This document shows, in pieces, positions 14,231 through 27,903 of a DNA stretch of 64,000 nt. Every line of letters begins with the position of its first letter. The stretch's first letter is position 1. The DNA is taken from positions 22,506,001-22,570,000 of the forward strand of contig OZ231126.1 in the NCBI GenBank assembly GCA_965153355.1, given 5' to 3'. A program made the position numbers and the translations under genes. The stretch comes from Flaccisagitta enflata. Taxonomy: Eukaryota. Under the pieces are notes generated by a model. The model was not told the DNA's origin. It worked only from the letters and a program-made list of their open reading frames with translations, and searched no databases.

Positions 14231-14833
14231 GAGGGCAAAAACCCGGTAAGATATAAAATCTAGAAGACAACACAAGAGAGAAGTCATACTGGACAGCAAC
14301 CATAGGTAGCGAGATCATATGTATCACCGTATCCTTGTCGGTAGACCGAGATGGAGATTTAGAAAATAAAAATGCTAGAAAGTAACCGTGGGTATCGAGA
14401 TCACATGCATCCCCGTATCCCTGTCGGTAGACACTAGACAGAGGAAAAATTTCTCTCTGCTCCAGTTTTTTTTGTTGTTTGTATCAATATTAAATATTTT
14501 ATTTTTAAAACGCAACACGAAACACATGACGAGATTACTTACTTTTAGGTAGGCATAATGTTGTCTTTCTTCAGTTAACAATATAAAACATCAAGATCAA
14601 GTTAAATTATTAAAACAAATTGACATTTTGTCAAATCAACCAAATTACAATAGAACAGTCATCTTAAAACTGCAATATGCAAATGATATCAATACTGACG
14701 TCAACATCATTTGATCTTTACTTCTTGTCCTTTTCCGTCTTCTTTTCCTTCTTCCCATTCATTTTCTTTACTTCTTTTTCTTCTTCTTCTTCTTCTTCTT
14801 CTTCTTCTTCTTCTTCTTCTTCTTCTTCTTCTT

Positions 14834-14864
<31 letters not shown>

Positions 14865-15899
14865 TTCTTCTTCTTCTACTTCAGAAACCTGCGGATATCT
14901 TTCTATCACTGCCGATAGGCGGCGCTGCTCGCTGCTAAAAAATCAAGAGGCCCGGTCAGTCCAATGATAAACTTTGTGCTATTTTGACGTTTTTGGGACT
15001 TTAAAGCATCACTGCCTCTGCCCAAACACTTGAATACTTGTAAATGCGTCTTGATGTTGATGGGAAAAGAAAGTTCACAGATAATGAACTTATAAACTCT
15101 TTGATGCCCTTGTTATTTATTGTTATTTGTAGACACAAAAAGCCATTGTTTTATGCCAGTGCTATGATGTAGGCTCAGATGATAAGGAAATTTGCAAAAA
15201 TGGTTATTTTTATCGGGCTCGCTGTTCTTCCGTTGGGCTCTGTAGAATTGAGCAGAGAGAGCCCGACTGGCTCTGTCAAAAATCACTAAAAAAAGGCCTG
15301 ATCATGTGACATTTATGGAGAGACAGATGGACGAACGGAGGAAGAAAAGGCCCTCAAAACATGTTGGTTGATCATTTGTTTCAGAATAGGATCTAACCAT
15401 GGCCAAAAACAGCTGAGAAACGCGGTTTTTGCCCAGGCGTAACGGACTGACGGACGGATCGATGGACCGACGGACCGACGGACCGACGGACCGACGGACC
15501 GACGGACCGACAGACCAACGGACCGACGGATCGACGGACAGACGGACGGACGGACGGATGGACAGACCTTCTCAAAGAGATGCGTTCCTGAGGGACGCAT
15601 CTAAAACATTAAACGTATTTGATAGTGTTTGTTTTTCTTCATGCATTCACAAGTTGATATTGATAAGCTTTTGTCCCAAACGATTCCATTGAGTTGATTT
15701 TATCAATGTTGTTATCATTGTCGTTGTCATTGCCGCTGTCATTGTTGCTGTTATTGCCAATGTTGCTGCTGTAGATGTCATTGTCGATGGTAGCTTTTGT
15801 GCAGGCGACGATTATCATTATGTGGCAGTGGTGGTCAATCATGGCTCTGGCTGATGTTGCGGTGAGGGGCGCAGAGTGAAGGCGGCAGCGTTTGATGCA

Positions 15900-16200
15900 A
15901 CGGCGGTAGAGGGAAGGCAGTGATTGAGGCATGGTGGTGGTGGAGGGAAGGCGGCGGTGGAGGGAAGGTGTCGGTGGAGGGAAGGCGGCGGTGGAGGGAA
16001 GGTGATGGTGGAGGGAAGGCGCCGGTGGTGGGAAGGCGGGCGATGGAGGGAAGGCGACGCTGGAGGGAAGATTGTGGTGGAGGGAAGGCGGTGGTGAAGG
16101 GAAGGCGGTGGTGGAGAGAAGGCGATGATGGAGGGAAGATGGTGGTGGAGGGAAGGCGGTGGTGGAGGGAAGGCGGCGGTGTTCGATGCAACGGCGGTGA
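15900..16200. repeat. G-rich minisatellite (ggagggaaggcggyggt-type unit)
   Basis: Direct inspection; explains the Pro/His-rich ORFs at 15639-16369. Confidence 0.85.
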
Positions 16201-17451
16201 CGGCGTCGGTGATTATGATTTGTTGCCATCATTTGGCCCTCAAAAATTTGGCAAAAACGACGAAGAAAAACAAAAAGTCGGTGGCAGAAAAAGCAAAAGC
16301 AAAGAGAAAGCAAAAGAGAGACAGAGATCCAGAGACATTGATAGATTAGCCTCGAGATGGCGAAGGTAGACCCGCCCTCTTTTTTGTCTTTTGTTTATTC
16401 TTTATTGTCCATGTAAATAATCGTTTTTACTCGGAGGATTTACTTTCTAATTTATGACCGTCATAATCAGTCATGACCCGGCCCATGGTTTTTTCTGTCT
16501 CGGGACATGTGGAGGGGGGGGATGGGAAGCGAGAGATGAACGAAAGTGAAAAGTAACGACTAAGGAGCAGTGGTTGTAACGGGATGATCAGAATGAGTTA
16601 GATTTGGAATATGACACACCACAGTTATTTGCCAATGGATGTTGCAATGAAGATGACAAGGACGACGCGGAAGTTGGGACTGGATGGTCTAGGAACATTC
16701 TTTTAAAATGGAGACGTCTTATCACAAGGAGTGCTCCATTTTGACCTCAGTATCAGTCGAACCATTTAAAGGAAGAAAAAGAAGAAATTAATGGAGGCAT
16801 GAGCATAGGCTTTGATAAATGAATGAATGAATAAATGAATGAATGAATGAATGAATGAATGAATGAATGAATGAATGAATGAATGAATGAATGAATGAAT
16901 GAATGAATGAATGAATGAATGAATGAATGAATAAAATAATTAAAGAAAGGGAGTACAAAAGAAAAGTTGACTTAGACAATAGGAATTGGAGCTATCAAAA
17001 ACTAGCTTGACTCAGTTTGTTTTCCGATGATGACGAAACTAGAGAGCGCCTCGTCGTGCTCATCAGCGCTTTAGACGTCGTCTTGTTCCATCGCCTACCT
17101 CGGTCATCCCGTCTCTCCTCTTTTACCTCACCCTGCGTCCTTCTTAGCCTTCCTCTGTGTCGTTCTCATCATCTCCTCGCGTCATCTTCAGCCCATCCCT
17201 TCATCCTTATCCCGTGCCCCCCCCCCCCCCCCCCCCTTCAGCCTCACCCTGCGTCTTGTTTAGCCTCTCCCGCGTATTGTTTATTAGTGAAATAAAGATT
17301 AAATCTAGAATCGTAAAATTCTCGTTATGACTTCCAACTCGGAAGAACAAAACGTGAAACGCAAGAAAATGTGACCAGAAACATTCTCGTGATGTTTATA
17401 ACCGCCTTTTAGCTTACCAAATGAGCCTCATAAGTCAAGGTAATGAGAGAG

Positions 17452-17655
<204 letters not shown>

Positions 17656-18002
17656 GTTTTTTTTTGTTTTTTTTTTTTGACGTGTACAAATGACGCTTCC
17701 AAGAAACTGTGGCCATAACGAGACTAAAGATCTATCATACAACCCAACGATCCCTCATAGTTTTGCTCGTTTTTTTCATCGTAAAATCTATTTGTAAAAT
17801 GGCGAAGAGTGATGCATCTATAACAGATAATACACAAGTTACATCACGCACCACTTTCAAGCTAGTGGATGCATCAAAGACTGTCGTTTGGATTCGCAAA
17901 AATGAGTGACACGTAATGTTTCATCTAGATCATCTTTAGATGAATGACATTAGTACCGATATCAATCAATCTATGGACAATTACGTCCTCGTGAGCCAGA
18001 AA

Positions 18003-18129
<127 letters not shown>

Positions 18130-19081
18130 AAAAAAGAGCCAATTTATTGTCGAATGAAAATGACGTGAATTTGGCTAAATGGATCGACCAACGGCAAAAG
18201 CTTCGATTAGGGGAAGGATTTGGAAGAGAAAATTACAGCGTGGCCGCCTGGGTGATGGACTGATGGTCTATGAAGAACAGAGACAGACAGAAAGACGGAG
18301 ACTGACAGCGACCGAGTCTAGACAGACACAGCAGATAGACAAACACACAGACAGAAGGACAGTCAGTTACACAGTAAGGCACACAGACAGATGGTAAAGA
18401 GGAAAAGGAAAAGAGGAGGAAGAGAGGCACAGAAGCTGAAAAAAGAATTGAAAAGGAAAAAAAGGAGACCAGGCGTGTATAAAGTTGAGCACTCCCCCCC
18501 CCCCCCGTGGGGTTTGGAGATGGGGAAGAAAATCAAATGGTGGTAAAGAAGAAAAAAAAATTAAGAAGATCGTACACTTTTGGCAGTTCCAAAAGATAGT
18601 ATTTGACTTTAACAACACTATTTTACACTATTCTGACAATACATATACTACATTTTTACTCTATGCGTTAAAAAATCAAACAATTCGCGGGTAAGATATA
18701 AAAAGCCGCTCAATTTTATACACCCTGGGAGGAGACAGGAAGGGACAGATAGGTATAGAGATATACTAATTACTCATGTCAAGCACAGTAGATGTGAATT
18801 GGGAAAAATGATGGTTTAAAACCGGACGAAAAAATCAATGAGGACAAAAAGAATGAAAAAAGGAAAAGAAAAAAAAAAAACAAAAACAAAAACAGGAATC
18901 TAGAAGAAAGAAATGAGAGAGAGAGAAATGAAGGAATGTTTGAAAATTGCATGAGAGAACATGAAGCAGATGAAAACAAAAAGAATTGAGGAAAAAAATT
19001 TAAAAAGAATGATAATAAAGGCTCAATGAAATTTGTTTTACGATCAATTGGCTGCGGTCATCGAACAAGAAACTAAGATGG

Positions 19082-19208
<127 letters not shown>

Positions 19209-19563
19209 GAGAGAGAGACCATTTCATTTTGCCTCGCTCGGCAACTTTGCCTCATTTCGCTTAATGAAAATGTCTCACTTGGAAGCTAATGATCCCACTG
19301 GAATAGGTCGTGTCGAGACTGAGTAGCGGGGCTCCACACCCCCACTTACTAATCTCCTTGATTACTCCTTATCACCAAGCCACTCTCCATGATCCCACTG
19401 AAATAGGCCAGAGACAATAGATAGGTCGATTCACGCACCAACCCTGTCTCTTACCATCGTTTCCATGATCCAACTTAAGTAACTATGGCAAAAAAAAACC
19501 AAAACCAAAACCAAAACCAAAACCAAAAAAAAAAAAAAAGGAGAAAAAAAAAATCTAAACAAC

Positions 19564-19960
19564 AGTCGCAAAAGCGTTAGATGGTCAGCGGTATCCGTGC
19601 CCTGCCTAAGTATGTTGTGCTTGAAGTTGAGGGGGGAGCAGGGCAGCGGCCCCGAAGGGGTCGATGACCTATGCTTTCACACAGGGGAATTTTCTCCTTG
19701 AGGCTGGCATGTGGGCCTCATGGGTGGGATTTGGGCCTCATGGGTGGGATTTGAGCCTTGAGGATGAGATTTGAGCCTTAAGGCTGGGATTTAGGCCTTG
19801 AGATTGGGGTTTGGGCCTTGAGACTGGGATTTGGGCCTTGAAGCTAGGATTTGAGTGGGGGCCGGGGGGAGGAACGGACGTAGGAGGAGGAGAAGGAGAA
19901 GGAGAAAATTCCCCCGTGTGAAAGCATAGGTCATCGACCCCTTCGGGGCCACTGCCCAAA
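19564..19960 (+). mobile_element. Family-B Helentron/DINE-like element: ~59-bp internal inverted repeat around a 20-bp minisatellite; related copies at ~2312-3237, 27193-27694(-), 35350-35510, 36530-36855(-), 39110-39341, 46775-46918
   Basis: Inverted repeat gggcagcggccccgaaggggtcgatgacctatgctttcacacaggggaattttctcctt (19641-19699) / 19899-19957 around (gggatttgggccttgaggct)n. Confidence 0.75.
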
Positions 19961-20471
19961 AACAAGCAAAACAAAGTCAAGCAAAACAAAACAAAACAAA
20001 ACAAAATAAAAAACAAGATTTTTCATCTAAAGTCGTTGTTTTTTTCTCTTTGCCATAATCAGCTCGTTACGCTACTGAGCAGCCAAGGCTCAATCCCATA
20101 TTTACTCTGCCACCTCCCTTCCCATTTCCAACCCTTCCCCTCCCGATGATTGCACTGGGTTAGGTTCTGACGTGATTGCGCTGTGAGGGCTCTATCACAT
20201 TTCCCCGTAAACTCGCCTGCCCCGCATCCAATACTCCCCCAAACCACTACCATTTCCCCAAGAGTCGTTTTTCTACTCAATTCACGCCTCATATCCATTT
20301 CCTCCCTTTTATTCTCACTCCGTTGAACGATCTTACACTAACCATTAGCAAAGCTCATCTTCTTTTTTCTTTGTGCTCCTCTCATGGTTCATCTTTTTCT
20401 TTCACTCATTTTCTTTTCTTTTCTTCTTCTTCTTCTTCTTCTTCTTCTTCTTCTTCTTCTTCTTCTTCTTC

Positions 20472-20503
<32 letters not shown>

Positions 20504-20772
20504 CTTCTTCTTCTTTTTCTCCTTTTTCTTCTTCTTCCTCTTCATTTTCTTCTTCCTGCCTTTTCTATTTTCTCCCATCACAATGACTCCCCACATTAAA
20601 GCGACTGCTAATGTCTTGGAGTGACACTCAGTCTGTGCTGCAGCATCATTACTCTAAAATATTTCTATTGGTTTTTTTACGCAATCGTGACACAAATCGT
20701 GTAGAATGTCTCCAGTGTTGTAAGTTTTAGCTTTCTTATCGGCGATGCTACATGTGAGTTTTCGACTGCTTA

Positions 20773-21890
20773 TTGGGGAGCGGCCCCGAAGGGGACAAAG
20801 TCCTGTAGAACACTTTTGTTTGTCTCTTTGTTTGTTCGTTAGTTTGTTCATTCATTTGTTAATATGTTAGTTTGTTTGTTTGATCATTTGTTCATTTGTT
20901 CATTTGTTCATTTGTTCATTTGTTCATTTGTTCATTTGTTAATTTGTTCGTTTGTTAGTTTGTTTGTTTGTTTGTTTGTTTTTTCATTTGTTCGTTTGTT
21001 CATTTGTTCATTTGTTCATTTGTTCGTTTGTTCATTTGTTCGTTTGTTCGTTTGTTTGTTAGTTTGTTAGTTCATATGTTCGTTTGTTCGTTTGTTTGTT
21101 TGTTCGTTTGTTCGTTTGTTGATTTATTCGTTTATTTGTTTGTTCTTTGTTTGTTTGTTTGTTTTTTTGTTTGTTTGTTCATTTGTTTGTTTGTTCATTT
21201 GTTTGTGCGTTTGTTTGTTTGTTTGTTTGTTTGTTTGTTTGTTTGTTTGTTTGTTTGTTTTTTTGTTTGTGCGTCCCCCGTCCCAGGCCATCTCAGGCCT
21301 AAAATCTGCTCTCTCAGGGATAAAATCTACCCTCCCAGCCCTGAAATCTGCCCTCTCAGGCCTTTAATCTGCCTTCTCAGGCCTTGGATCTGCCCTATCA
21401 AGCCTGAAATCTGCCCGCTCAGGTATGTTATTTGCCCTCTCATGCCCTCTCAGGCTTTAAACCTGCGCTCTCAGATTCATGGTCTGAGAGGGCAGATTTC
21501 AGGCCTGAGAGGGTAAATTTGAGGCCTGAGCGGGTAGATTTTAGGCCTGGGGGGACAAGTGGAAGAATTGACTCTCTTTGTGGATTCTGTCCATTGACTG
21601 ATTTGTTGATTCACACATTATAGCCCGTGATCATGTCATACATTCGTTCTCTGCATTTTGTCTCTCAAAGTATATTTAGTACCAAGGGCATAGCCGGTTC
21701 TATTCCTATATATGATACATTCTTCTACACTGATCCATCCTACGAACGAACGGACAAACGGAAGTCCCCCTGTGTTCTATAGGACTTGGTCCCCTTTGGG
21801 GCCGCTGCCCTGCTTCCCCTAACTCCAATTCACAATCATGCAAAGCAGGGCAAAGGGTATCGCTGACCACATATTGCCCTTGGGCGACCT
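20773..21890 (-). mobile_element. Related IR/minisatellite element (family D) with (TTTG/TTCG)n and a ~21-bp ctgccctctcaggcc array; relatives at ~29770-30080 and 34569-35040
   Basis: Inverted repeat gcggccccgaaggggacaaagtcctgtagaa / ttctataggact…cccctttggggccgctgccc, and the same terminal architecture as family B. Confidence 0.6.
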
Positions 21891-22241
21891 GCTTATCCAT
21901 TCTTCCCACAGTTGTACGGGATATTGGAGAATGTTTCACCCCCCCCCCCCCACGTCACTTTCTATTTCAAGCTAGAGGTTTACTATCACATCTAGCTATT
22001 TCATTTTCTAATCACCACAATAACCTATCATTTTCTTTCCAAACAATTCTTGCCATTTCGAAATGGCAATTGCGTCCTCATGATGCCCATTCTGCCACCA
22101 TCGTCCACGCGACACACGCTTGAAGCATAAGCCACTAAAAAAAGCAGCTCAAGAGTGCGCAATAAAAGTCGACACAGCAACGCCTTTATGCCCACCCTAG
22201 ATAGGGCTAACTACCCAGCATCCTCTCTCTCTCACTCTCTG

Positions 22242-22297
<56 letters not shown>

Positions 22298-22516
22298 AAT
22301 TACGCCATCGTCCCATTCTCCAATCCAATTTACATCTATATTCTCGTGTGAGTTCGTCGAAGAGCCGAAACGCGATGCATTCAAATGACCAGCAAGTTAT
22401 TGCCAATAACCAGACCGCCTTCATTCTCCCTTTCCATCGCCTTTTGCCTTTTGCCGTTGCTGCAGCTGCCGACTGCCGCAACGGATATGACTACTGCATA
22501 GGCCATGAGATGTCGT

Positions 22517-22571
<55 letters not shown>

Positions 22572-22858
22572 AAACGATTCATTTTTGTGAAGAAAAAAAG
22601 AAGAAAATGTAATCATACGGTAATCAAAAGACACTACCAAACCATAACTACAACAATCAATAAAATTAAAGCCAAATGTGTTTACAAACAGCATAAAGTT
22701 GCAACAGGCGAGAGAGCATTAACCTCACTCCCAAACTATTTCATCAATAAATTATGAAGAAAAAAAAACAATATTAGAAATAAATTAATTGTTGAAAAAG
22801 ATAAAATAAATCTCAATATATGTGACTAAATATGCCGCTCATCGGTTTTTGTCGTTTT

Positions 22859-23053
22859 TAGTCGCGTGCACGCGACTCTACAACCCGCTTTGTCCGTCGG
22901 TTGGTCGGTCGGTCGGTTGGTTGGTCGGTCACACTTTACTTTTTTTTATGATTTTTTTTTACCTCACTGCTCCTGCCCAAATGGTCTGGTGACCTCAAAT
23001 ATGGGCCCTGCCCACCCGCATGCGACTTCGGTAGCCGTGTATCCGGCCTTGTT
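22859..23053 (+). mobile_element. Family-A Helentron/DINE-like short element; other copies include 5378-5623(-), 10829-11053, 12781-13027, 34327-34526(-), 45962-46193, 46952-47158(-), 54481-54711(-), 60642-61176(-), 61670-61880(-), 62003-62193
   Basis: Conserved 5' hairpin tagtcgcgtg(cta)cgcgactcta, (GGTC/CGTC)n microsatellite and 3' gtagccgtgtatccggccttgtt, flanked by T-runs with no TSD. Confidence 0.75.
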
Positions 23054-23105
23054 ATATTCATCCTTCCGTCTGTCTGTTTGTGCGTCCACCCGTCCATCCA
23101 TGCGT

Positions 23106-23722
23106 CACTACTGTCTGACGATCAATCCAGGGTGAGAATGACATTACAGTGGGTTTTTTCGCAGTTTTGCCAAGCTCATATGTCTACAATATAAGAACCA
23201 TCGAGAGGGAAATCTTTCCTGGAGCGTTTTTTGAAAAAAATCGATTTTTTACCTACAGGAGAGGTGGTGGTAATACAGATTCTTGTGAGTTGTTTTGACT
23301 AAATTTTTGATTCCATATTGTTAATCTAGGCAAAATTCCCTTTTGTTTGATAGGTCGCACTCTATACTTTTGCAAAGAATTTAGATTTCCATTTTTTGAG
23401 TCACCGTTACAAAAAAGTAATGGTGGCTCAATATATGAAAACTTTATTTCTGTATAAAACCATATAGTGTGACCTATCAAATGAAAGGAAATTTTGCATA
23501 GAATAACCATATGGAACCAAAAAATGAGTCAATACAACTCACTAGAATCTGTACTACCACCACCTTTCCTGTAGGCGAAAAATCGATTTTTTTTCAAAAA
23601 GCGCTCCAGGAAAGATTTCCCTCTCGATGGTTCTTGTATTGTAGATATATGAGCTTGGCAAAACTGCGAAAAAACCCACTGTAATGTCATTCTCACCCTG
23701 GATTGGTCGTCAGACAGTAGTG
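23106..23722. mobile_element. CACTA-ended foldback MITE with ~195-bp TIRs and 4-bp TSD (Chapaev/CMC-like)
   Basis: gcgt|CACTACTGTCTGACG…CGTCAGACAGTAGTG|gcgt; arms 23106-~23300 and ~23526-23722 are near-perfect reverse complements. Confidence 0.85.
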
Positions 23723-23821
23723 GCGTAAAAAGGCAATTGAGCAGCTCTTACATCGCTGACCCCGTCCACACAGACGTGGAAGTGACAGGGGTAGAGACCA
23801 AGATAGTCGTGTACCTAGTTT

Positions 23822-24997
23822 TCATTTATTCTCCTTGTTTGACTCTGAAAAATAATCTTTAAGAGCGCTAAAGAGAAATTTGACGCATGGAATTGACCAC
23901 GACATTCCCAGCAAATGTCGTCTGACGTCAATTGAAGTCGACGCGACTTTGGTGTAATCATCCGGAAACCCAAAGCATCTCTCCACCTCCTTCATCGTCA
24001 ACACATCCGGTTTTCCATCCGCATCATCGACGGGATGTTGCGGCGATTTGCTGAATCCTTGATAGAAACTGTTGGTTTTTGTGGTGATGCAGCGAATTTT
24101 GACGACTCTGGCTCGACGACCCACTTCGAGGACGTCTTGAAGACGCAGTTGAGCATCTGGTTCCGGACGCAGCACTTCGGAAGTTAAAGGGATGTTGGAC
24201 CAAAAAAGACGCTTCCGTCTCATTGGACTCAAATGAATGGCGTCTAAAGGCAAAGGCTCGCATCCCAGAGTAAAGGAAATTGTCTGCCGATCCTCGTGAT
24301 CCATCTGAACGTTCTCGAAAAACCAGAAGAAAGGATACTCGACAGATGGCGTGAGAGTGGATGCGGGAGAGAGGTTTGAAGAGGAAGAAGAAGAGAAGGA
24401 AGTCGAATTTGAAGTGAAAGTGGTGGTGGAAGTCGACGATGAGGCATTTGAAGATGAGGAGGAAGTAGAAGATGAGGCATTTGAAGATGAGGTAAAAGAT
24501 GAGGACGTTAAAGATGAGGAAGATGGATTGAAGGAGGAGGGAGTAGAACCCGATGATGATTGGAAGGAAGAAGGCGCGGTCGATTTGATTGAAGATAAAG
24601 CCCAGTTGTCACTCGCGCCAACGGTGGCGCCATTTGCGCGATTTGCTGTAGATTCCACCTCTGAAGACTCCGTCCGGCATCCGTCGACGGCTGTTTCGCG
24701 ATTCGCTTCTTTTTGTTGCGCCTCTTCTTCGTGCAAAACGCGGCAAATGTTCAAAATTCTCGCGTACTCAAAGAAGAGTTTCCCGTTTTTGCCGGCAAAT
24801 CCTTCTCTGTTGGGATTGGCTTGACTAAAGTCGTTACAAGGAGATCCGCCAACCACCAAATCGAAAGGACCGAACTTCCGGAGGCGGGACTCGTTCAATT
24901 CGCGGACGTCGCCGACTTGACGAACGACTTGAGGGAAGTTGCGACGACTGCAACGGATAGCGTTGGGGTCGATTTCGGAGGCGACGTAGGTTTGGAC
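23822..24997 (-). CDS. DNMT3: DNMT3-family C5 methyltransferase, last exon (motifs II-X)
   Basis: Acceptor cag at 25000-24998, phase 0. VQTYVASEID…VGDVR…GPFDLVVGGSPCNDFS…LFFEY…PFFWFFENV…RKRLFWSN…CITTKTNS…ERCFGFPDDYT…LLGMSWSIP…LKDYF is colinear with the DNMT3A catalytic domain. TGA at 23824-23822. Confidence 0.95.
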   Translation of the reverse strand, partial: VQTYVASEIDPNAIRCSRRNFPQVVRQVGDVRELNESRLRKFGPFDLVVGGSPCNDFSQANPNREGFAGKNGKLFFEYARILNICRVLHEEEAQQKEANRETAVDGCRTESSEVESTANRANGATVGASDNWALSSIKSTAPSSFQSSSGSTPSSFNPSSSSLTSSSFTSSSNASSSTSSSSSNASSSTSTTTFTSNSTSFSSSSSSNLSPASTLTPSVEYPFFWFFENVQMDHEDRQTISFTLGCEPLPLDAIHLSPMRRKRLFWSNIPLTSEVLRPEPDAQLRLQDVLEVGRRARVVKIRCITTKTNSFYQGFSKSPQHPVDDADGKPDVLTMKEVERCFGFPDDYTKVASTSIDVRRHLLGMSWSIPCVKFLFSALKDYFSESNKENK

Positions 24998-25034
24998 CTG
25001 GCAGGGGGGGTAGGAGTGAAAGAAATAACGAGTG

Positions 25035-25236
<202 letters not shown>

Positions 25237-25394
25237 CAGGGCAATACACAAAGGAGCGGGTACGATCAAGAGGAGAGCGAGTACGAGAGAGAGAAGGAGG
25301 GTGTAAGACAGAAGAGAGAGAGTGCGATTTACATAGATGAAAGCATGGGCGAGGTGGTAAAAATGGAAGGAAAAGGAGAAAGATAGACCCTCTT

Positions 25395-25443
<49 letters not shown>

Positions 25444-26476
25444 TTTCAAAACTGACCAACCCACCGACCTACTAGTACAATAAACGCCATTCAATTCAAT
25501 CTGCATCCTCGTCGATGCATGTGCGCATAGGAATCACCATCGAAGCTAGGAAATCATTGAGATCTTCATCATTTTCTTCTTCTTCTTCTTCTTCCTCCTC
25601 TTCTTCTTCTTCTTCTTCTTCGTCTTCTTCTTCTTCTTCTTCTTCGTCTTCTTCTTCTTCTTCTTCTTCTTCTTCTTCTTCTTCTTCTTCTTCTTCTTCT
25701 TCTTCATCTTCTTCTATTTCTTGGTTTTCTTCTTGGTTTTCTTCTTCATCTTCTCCTTCTCCTTCTTCTTCTTCTACTTCTACGTCTCCTTCTTCTTCTT
25801 CTTCTTCTTCTTCTTCTTCTTCTTCTTCTTCTTCTTCTTCTTCTTCTTCTTCTTCTTCTTCTTTTCCTTTTTCTTCTTCTTCATGAAACAGATTGTATAA
25901 AAGTGGTGGATATTAGCCCAATAAAAGGCACGCATTTTCATTGTGATCTTTCCTATTCAAGGAATCTAGCTCAAAATAATGAATTCCACACGTATAAACA
26001 AGGCCAAGTGAAGGCCAATAAGTGCGCCTCGCTTGATTAAGATTTTGTGAATGACCGTTTTTGATGAATGAATGAATGAATGAATGAATGTATGAATGAA
26101 TGAATGAATGATTGAATGAATGAATGAATGAATGAATGAATGTGAATGCGGTGAGGCATGAAAGGTGATAGGAATGAAGAAATACGTCAGAATCAGCCGT
26201 TTTGAGCATTTCAAACGTTTGCGTGACCGACCAACCGACCAACCAACCGACCGACCGACCGACCAACCGACCGACCGACGGACATGACCTCTTATAGAAG
26301 TGCGAGGACGCACTTAAAAACAAGGCCGGATACACAGCCAATTCCGGGGCGGCAATGCGCGTTTACGCACTTTTGAACCTAATCATTACCAACGGACCGA
26401 CGGACCAGCGGACCAACGGACAAAGCCTCTTCTAGAGTCGCTATTCCGCTATTCTGTTGGTAATGATTAATCATTG

Positions 26477-26556
<80 letters not shown>

Positions 26557-26858
26557 GTCATCATCATCATCATCATCATCGTCATCATCATCATCATTAT
26601 CATCACTAAACCAAGTGTAATCGATGGACTGTGGAAATCGAACATGCCTACTGCTCATTCTCATGATCTATGGCCTTGGCCAATTCTCCCCTGATGAATT
26701 TCATTGATGCCAATATCATCGGTGTGGTTGTCATCGGCTTTTTCATCGATTTTACCCTCTTTGGGCTAGAGGATCACATGATATCTCTTTTTTTTTTCAT
26801 TCTCTTACCTTTTTTCCCATTTTTTTTTTTTTTTTTGCATTAAAAAAATCCAACAATG

Positions 26859-26916
<58 letters not shown>

Positions 26917-26928
26917 CCAGAACAACAA

Positions 26929-27010
<82 letters not shown>

Positions 27011-27903
27011 TTATTGATAATTTTGAACACTTTGAAGGAAGAGTGAATGGCGAGTAAATGGCGAGTGAATGGCAAAGAATGAGAAAGTGAACGAATGGTT
27101 TGAAAAACCCAAAAGAAAATCTAAAGCTTATATGGCAAACTGATCCATGATCATGTGAATATCATTTCATATCCTTTCGTTAATTACTTCTTTTTGGGCA
27201 GCGGCCCCGGAGGGGCCGATGACCTATGATTCCACATAGGGCAATTTTCTCCGGTTTCCGTCCGTCCGTCCGTCCGTCCCCCCCCAGCCTCAAATAAAGC
27301 CCCTCAGACCTCTAATCAGGCCTTTTTGACTCCAAATCAGGCCTCTCAGACCCCAAATCAGGCCTCCCAGACCCCAGATCAGGCTTTTCAGACCCCAAAT
27401 TAGACCCCTCAGACCCAAATAGGGCCTCCCAGACCCCAAATCAGGCCTCTCAGACTCCAAATCAAGCCTCTCAGACCCCAAACCACGCCTCTCACACCCT
27501 AAATCAGACCTTTCAGAGCCAAAATCAGGCCTCTCAGCCCTCCAAACCAGATTCTCAAACCGGAGAAAATTGTCCTATGTGGAATCATAGGTCATCGGCC
27601 CCTCCGGGGCCGCTGCCCCTCTCATAATCTTATTCCCACACACATAACTTAGGGGCATCGGGTACCGCTGACCATGTAACGCTTTTGCGACTATTCTTCT
27701 TCTTCTTGTTCTTGTGCTTCGTCTTCTTCTTCTTCTTCTTCTTCTTCTTCTTCTTCTTCTTCTCCTTCTTCTTCTTCTTCTTCTTCTTCTTCTTCTTCTT
27801 CTTCAATAACTTGCAGTAACGTGCACACAAAGTGTCTGATGTCAAAACCTCAAAAATCGATCAAATCCAGAAAGTGCATGTTGTAGAGTAAGGACTCTCA
27901 GTG

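Noticed and set aside
15376-15392. ttgtttcagaatagg resembling homeobox WFQNR
   Set aside because: Reads LFQNR inside a repeat element with no surrounding homeodomain.
24351-24824. Glu/Asp-rich 157-aa + strand ORF
   Set aside because: Antisense shadow of the Ser-rich DNMT3 insertion.
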